Below are positions 59,276-64,000 of a stretch of 64,000 nt of DNA, in pieces. The notes under the pieces are model-generated. The model made no database searches. It was not told the origin of the DNA and saw only the letters and a list, made by a program, of their open reading frames with translations. Both the position numbers and the translations under genes were made by a program. This stretch comes from an uncultured archaeon (GTDB lineage: Archaea > Asgardarchaeota > Lokiarchaeia > Sigyniarchaeales > SOKP01): positions 256,001 to 320,000 of the forward strand of contig CAZALK010000001.1 of the NCBI GenBank assembly GCA_964486045.1, given 5' to 3'. Position 1 is the stretch's first letter; each line of letters opens with the position of its first letter.

Positions 59276-60192
59276 GTTAAAACGACTTTTAGATTAGGAA
59301 TAATAAACACTATTGTAGTTAGATATATATAATATACCGTTATTATTGATACTAGAATAACACGGTATAAATTCTTCCTGTCTATATTCTTAATATTTTC
59401 CATGAATATTATCAACAACAATCCAATAAACATTAAATGGGAAGGCTGTAAAGCTTTCCAAATAATCGAATCAATGATTAAGACTCCATGGATTTCAGCA
59501 TCACTATACCCCCAATTTGTAATCATTTGAAGGAAGTATTCAGGAAAAATAACATACGGAATGCATATAATAGCAAAAGGAATTAGAAAATAGATAAGAT
59601 CTTTCAACTTAATTTTTCTTGCTACTAATAAAACTGGAATAAAGACTACCACAGTTATTTTAAAGGTTGCAAGAGAAAAGAGAATACCTGCTATCCATTT
59701 TTTGTCTTTTTCCAGATATATAAATGAATAAAACAATAAGAAAGCAATTAGAAAATTAACATTATTGTAATAAGCATCGATGCTATAGCCCACTATACCC
59801 AAAATATAAAAAATTAGTAAATCTTTTTTATTTTTAAACACCTTAGGTGATTCCCTTATAATTAAAATTGTTAACACTAATCTTACCACATCCCAAACAT
59901 ACACACCTATTAAACCATCAGTGGGAATAATTTTTATTGGGAAAAATAAGAAATACCAGAAATAAAGATAATAAGGAGGCCAATCTGATATTGGCACATC
60001 ATTATAAAAATTGGTTAAACCGTTGTTCATACCCTCTAACAATATTTTAAAATCGATATCTTTTGTTTCCTTTATCCATGGTGAGATATCAAAAAAATAT
60101 AAGAATATCCTCAAAATAATAAAAAAAATCGTTATTATTGCTAAAAGATAAATGATAAATTTCTGAATCGAATTTCCTCTTTCATTACTCAT
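59272..60192 (-). CDS. Polytopic membrane protein, GT-C/GT87-like glycosyltransferase
   Basis: IDF near the N-terminus, WPPYY loop, NNVN, AGILFSLATFK; many TM segments. Confidence 0.6.
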   Translation of the reverse strand: MSNERGNSIQKFIIYLLAIITIFFIILRIFLYFFDISPWIKETKDIDFKILLEGMNNGLTNFYNDVPISDWPPYYLYFWYFLFFPIKIIPTDGLIGVYVWDVVRLVLTILIIRESPKVFKNKKDLLIFYILGIVGYSIDAYYNNVNFLIAFLLFYSFIYLEKDKKWIAGILFSLATFKITVVVFIPVLLVARKIKLKDLIYFLIPFAIICIPYVIFPEYFLQMITNWGYSDAEIHGVLIIDSIIWKALQPSHLMFIGLLLIIFMENIKNIDRKNLYRVILVSIITVYYIYLTTIVFIIPNLKVVLT

Positions 60193-60414
60193 AGCAATTT
60201 AGCAACTTCAGATGTTTGGTTCTATTAAAATTACTTTGATATATTAAAGCAGATTTAAAAGCCTTACTTATAGGGAATTATTAGAATATATCTTAACTTA
60301 GATTTATTTAAACCTTAATAGAGTAGTATTTTAAATTTGATGGTAATGGGAATTATATTAACTTAATTGAATTTATAATTTATAGGAATTAAATGTAAAA
60401 AGATTGGTAGTAAA

Positions 60415-62277
60415 TTGACCGAGAGGAAAATTAGAAGGATACTAGATGCTGAAAAAATAGCTGCTGGAGAAGTAGTTGAAAGACCTGCTAACATTGTAAA
60501 AGAACTTATTGAAAATAGTATAGATGCAGGAGCAAAAGAAATTAGAATAGTCATTAAAAAAGCTGGTAAATTTTTGATACACGTAATTGATGATGGTGTT
60601 GGAATTTCTCCTGAGGATATAGAATTTGCTTTTGAAAGGCATACAAGTAGCAAAATTAGGAGTATAGAAGATCTTGAGACACTTTCCACTTTAGGATTCA
60701 GAGGTGAAGCGCTTGCTAGTATTGCTGCCGTAAGTCAAGTGGAAATTATTTCAAGATCAAAAAAGAATGAGAGAGGAGTACACTTAACTATAGAGGGAGG
60801 AAAAGTAAAAGGGAAAAGTGAAATCTCTAGCCAAATTGGAACAGATATTAAAGTAAAAAATCTTTTCTACAATATCCCTGCCAGACAGAAATTCCTTAAA
60901 AAAGATTCAACAGAACTTAGTCATATTACAGATTTTATACAAAGATACTCATTAGCATTTCCAGAGATTCATTTCATATATCGTCATAATGATTTAGATA
61001 TTTTGACTTGCCCTGCGAACAACAATTTAAAAACAACAGTATTTCATATATATGGGAAGAACATTGCGAAATATATGGAGCCTATTAATTACGTGGGAGA
61101 AGATTCCTTTATTAAAATAAAAGGTTTAATAGGGCATCCACAAATTTCTAAAAAAAATAGGAGCTATTCAAGCCTGTTTATTAATAAACGTTACGTTGTT
61201 AGTGATCTTTTGTTTAGAGCTATTAAAGAAGCATATAAAGGAACATTGATGATAAATAAATACCCATTTTTTGTTATATTTCTAGATTTAGACCCCTCCG
61301 TTGTTGATTTTAATGTCCACCCAAAAAAACTCCATGTTAGATTCGAAAAGGAAGATGTTCTATATAATAGAGTATACAACATTATCAGAAGTTTTGTTGA
61401 AAGTAATTTTATTAAAAAAGAGGCTAAATATATTTCCACTGAGCTAAATCCTTATATTCAAACCAATGAAAAAGAAATATCTGAGAAGATATTTACCATT
61501 AATGAAACTCGTGATGTTGAAGAAGAATTAAGTAAACCGGTGAGATTAATAAAAGAAGAAATAGATAAGACTGAAGAAAGCGTCCAATTAAATTTAATGG
61601 ATCAGGTTATCGAAAAGAAAGGAAAATATGAATCTTATTTAAGAGGTAAATATATTATTGCAAAGAATTTTCCAAAGCTTCGTTTAATTTCTTCTACAGG
61701 TCAATTAAGCAATAAAATTTACATCGTTTTAGAAGGGATCAATGATAATAAAGAAGAAGGATTATTTATTTTAGATCAACATGCCGCAGCAGAACGGATA
61801 ACAAAAGAAAAACTCCTAAATGATTATGAATCAGTAAAAGGAAGTAAACAAAAATTAATCCATCCACTTAATATTGATGTTTCTCCTAGTGATAGGGTAT
61901 TCTTAGAAGATAACTTAAAAGAAGTTAGAAAAATTGGATTTAGGCTTGAGAACTTCGGTGGAAATACATTTATTTTGAGAGAGATTCCTACAATCATGAA
62001 TAAACTCCCTGACGTTAACATAATTAAGGAAATTATCAGTGATATTACTGAAATCGGAAAAGACAGAAGTTTTGAAGAGGTAAAGGAGGAAATTATTAAT
62101 TATTTAGCATGCCATAAAAGCATTCGAGGAGGAGATGATTTATCACTAACCGATATAAGAAAATTATTAATGGATTTAGCTGAGTGTAAGGATTCTTATC
62201 ATTGCGCTCACGGAAGACCAACTTTAAGATTTATTTCTTATAAAGAATTAGATAAACTTTTTAAAAGAACTGGTTAA
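60415..62277 (+). CDS. mutL: DNA mismatch repair protein MutL
   Basis: IAAGEVVERP, KELIENSIDAGA, GFRGEAL, DQHAAAER, ACH, CAHGRP. Confidence 0.97.
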   Translation: MTERKIRRILDAEKIAAGEVVERPANIVKELIENSIDAGAKEIRIVIKKAGKFLIHVIDDGVGISPEDIEFAFERHTSSKIRSIEDLETLSTLGFRGEALASIAAVSQVEIISRSKKNERGVHLTIEGGKVKGKSEISSQIGTDIKVKNLFYNIPARQKFLKKDSTELSHITDFIQRYSLAFPEIHFIYRHNDLDILTCPANNNLKTTVFHIYGKNIAKYMEPINYVGEDSFIKIKGLIGHPQISKKNRSYSSLFINKRYVVSDLLFRAIKEAYKGTLMINKYPFFVIFLDLDPSVVDFNVHPKKLHVRFEKEDVLYNRVYNIIRSFVESNFIKKEAKYISTELNPYIQTNEKEISEKIFTINETRDVEEELSKPVRLIKEEIDKTEESVQLNLMDQVIEKKGKYESYLRGKYIIAKNFPKLRLISSTGQLSNKIYIVLEGINDNKEEGLFILDQHAAAERITKEKLLNDYESVKGSKQKLIHPLNIDVSPSDRVFLEDNLKEVRKIGFRLENFGGNTFILREIPTIMNKLPDVNIIKEIISDITEIGKDRSFEEVKEEIINYLACHKSIRGGDDLSLTDIRKLLMDLAECKDSYHCAHGRPTLRFISYKELDKLFKRTG

Positions 62278-62304
62278 AGTTCATTTTTTAATTTTAGAAA
62301 CAAT

Positions 62305-62571
62305 TTATGCTTTTGAGAAAGCTATAGCTTCAATTCCTTGGATTCCCTCGACTTTACTAAATAATTCTTCAAGTCTATCCGTACCACCCCATTCTTCAGG
62401 ATATCTTACACGAACTCTCGCTTTTTCTAAACCAAATGCAACAGGTAATATTTCATAACGCTCAATAGCACACGTATCAGGTAATACTTTTGTTAAATTC
62501 CCAACAAATTCTTCAAAATCAACGTCTGTATCTTCTGGAACGACATCGATTAATGCTATAAATTCTTTCAT
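62305..62571 (-). CDS. ef1b: Translation elongation factor 1-beta
   Basis: PEDTDVD, PVAFGL, GGTDRLEE. Confidence 0.92.
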   Translation of the reverse strand: MKEFIALIDVVPEDTDVDFEEFVGNLTKVLPDTCAIERYEILPVAFGLEKARVRVRYPEEWGGTDRLEELFSKVEGIQGIEAIAFSKA

Positions 62572-62596
62572 TTAGGTTACTTCTCTTAATAATTCT

Positions 62597-62773
62597 TTAA
62601 GGACCTTCAAAATCACATTTTAAACAGCGAAAAGAATTTCCTGATTCTCTACAACGCTCACATCTCCAAATTGTGACATCTCCACATTGAGGACAAGGAA
62701 AGTGTACAGCTGATTCATACGGTGTAATCGGCCTTCCGCAGCCAAAACAGATATTTTTTTTATAAGAGCTCAT
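62597..62773 (-). CDS. DUF1610/HVO_2753-type small zinc-finger protein (58 aa, absent from the ORF track)
   Basis: Manual translation MSSYKKNICFGCG...FPCPQCG..IWRCERCR...FRCLKCDFEGP; usual archaeal neighbour of EF-1beta. Confidence 0.88.
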   Translation of the reverse strand: MSSYKKNICFGCGRPITPYESAVHFPCPQCGDVTIWRCERCRESGNSFRCLKCDFEGP

Positions 62774-63003
62774 GAAGTAATCAAAGATAACTTATATAGA
62801 CCTTGGATTTTAAAATATGTATTAACTTTAATTATTTTTGGTTTATAATACTAGAATAGACTAAGAAAGTTTTTTATGGTTCTAAATTTAAAAATAATTT
62901 AAATCGTATAATGAAAATATAAATCAAACTTTAAATTAATAAACACTCTAGTTTGCATATAAACTAAATACTTTAATTAAATTTGGGTTAAGAGCGAATT
63001 TCG

Positions 63004-63534
63004 ATGCCAGAAAATAAAGTAAAGAAATATTTCTCACTAATAGAAGCGTGGGCTTGGTGTGATATTTGTGATGAGATGATCGCCTTAAAATTAGATAAAA
63101 ATGAGATTATTAATGGATTAAAGACGAGTATTTATACAAAAGAATACAAACATGCTAATCCTTCTCCCGATCTGGATGATACAGACGACATTTCTGGACA
63201 AGAACATACCATTTATATCTATATTAATGAAAATTATGATATCACAGGAGTGAAATCATTTTTTGGAGAATCCCCTACCACTGACGAAATTGGTGCCGAA
63301 ACCATAGAAGCAGGAGGTGAAGTGAGAATTCCTGTTATTGTAAAAGATGTATCACCGATGGCGGTTCAATTGGGGATGTTGACTAAAGAGCAATTTAAAG
63401 TTCTTAAAATTTGTGATGGTATGAACACAGTTGAACAAGTTGCTTCAATTGCTCAAAAAAGTTTAGATGAGATTGAAAAAATGATGGATCAGCTCCGAAA
63501 AAAAGGATTAGTTAAAGTAATTAAAAGAACTTAG
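63004..63534 (+). CDS. Hypothetical protein with an N-terminal CxxC domain and C-terminal wHTH
   Basis: WCDIC; CDGMNTVEQVA...LRKKGLVK. Confidence 0.7.
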   Translation: MPENKVKKYFSLIEAWAWCDICDEMIALKLDKNEIINGLKTSIYTKEYKHANPSPDLDDTDDISGQEHTIYIYINENYDITGVKSFFGESPTTDEIGAETIEAGGEVRIPVIVKDVSPMAVQLGMLTKEQFKVLKICDGMNTVEQVASIAQKSLDEIEKMMDQLRKKGLVKVIKRT

Positions 63535-63573
63535 TATTAAGTTCTTCTCTGTTTTTAAATTTAAATGCACTTT

Positions 63574-64000
63574 CTATCTAGTAATCAATAAATCTTCTAG
63601 TTCCTGTTTCATCTTCTTGATTTTTGGTTTCTCAAAATGTTTTCTTGCAGGATTTAAGATATCAATGATTCTGTTGGAAACACTGTTTTTTAAGTCGAGT
63701 GGATGAATTTTTTTGTTTAGATAAGCCTCTTCCAATTCTTGATAAGCAAAAAACTCTAAATCTCCCCCAAATTTTGCTTTTCGTTCAATTAGGAAATGAG
63801 AGTCCTTTTCTCGAAAAATAATGTATTTTACCCAGTCAAGAATTGGATTAAACGATATATTTCCTTCTGGACAGAATGCGGAAGTGATTTTTTCTTTTAT
63901 TTCTTTTGGACTATCATGAATGAAAACAGCAGAGTTAGGTAATGATTTACTCATTTTCATTTGAGACCAAAGCTCTTTTAATTGATCATCATCTTTTATT
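63574..64000 (-). CDS. tyrS: Tyrosyl-tRNA synthetase, C-terminal part (runs off the window)
   Basis: KMSKS, AFCP, RKAKFGGD, IHPLDLK. Confidence 0.9.
   Translation of the reverse strand, partial: IKDDDQLKELWSQMKMSKSLPNSAVFIHDSPKEIKEKITSAFCPEGNISFNPILDWVKYIIFREKDSHFLIERKAKFGGDLEFFAYQELEEAYLNKKIHPLDLKNSVSNRIIDILNPARKHFEKPKIKKMKQELEDLLITR

Overview
AT-rich archaeal DNA with the gene content of an Asgard archaeon, most likely Lokiarchaeia/Promethearchaeota. Supporting signs are Rab-like GTPases, a gelsolin-like domain, a Vps22/36-like winged-helix protein, IPGY C-terminal sorting signals and many LRR/TPR genes. About 1.7-41 kb is a plastic accessory region full of gene fragments. About 41-64 kb is mostly housekeeping (por genes, rio2, lsm, mutS/mutL, EF-1beta, tyrS). 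The main result is a co-oriented + strand locus at 15.8-30.6 kb that appears to encode a complete UFMylation-like conjugation system. It has a UFM1-like modifier ending in ...IIDRGIVG, a UBA5-like E1, a UFC1-like E2 and a JAMM/MPN protease. Interleaved with these are an SPFH protein, a CDC48-N-domain protein, a Vps22/36-like protein and six genes sharing one C-terminal PCI-like winged helix plus a helical tail. That module is fused to different N-terminal parts (SWIM, pseudo-GTPase, LRR, TM, TM-TPR, helical repeats). More copies and orphan fragments of the same tail lie at 7.7-15.3 kb. I infer a modular adaptor (E3-like) repertoire feeding a UFM1-like cascade. Secondary finds: a circularly permuted ATP-grasp ligase paired with an M14 carboxypeptidase, and a 1709-aa repeat/nuclease protein with an A18 tract at its module junction. 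All family assignments are by eye from motifs. Comparisons with eukaryotic proteins use sequences recalled from memory and need HMM or structure confirmation.
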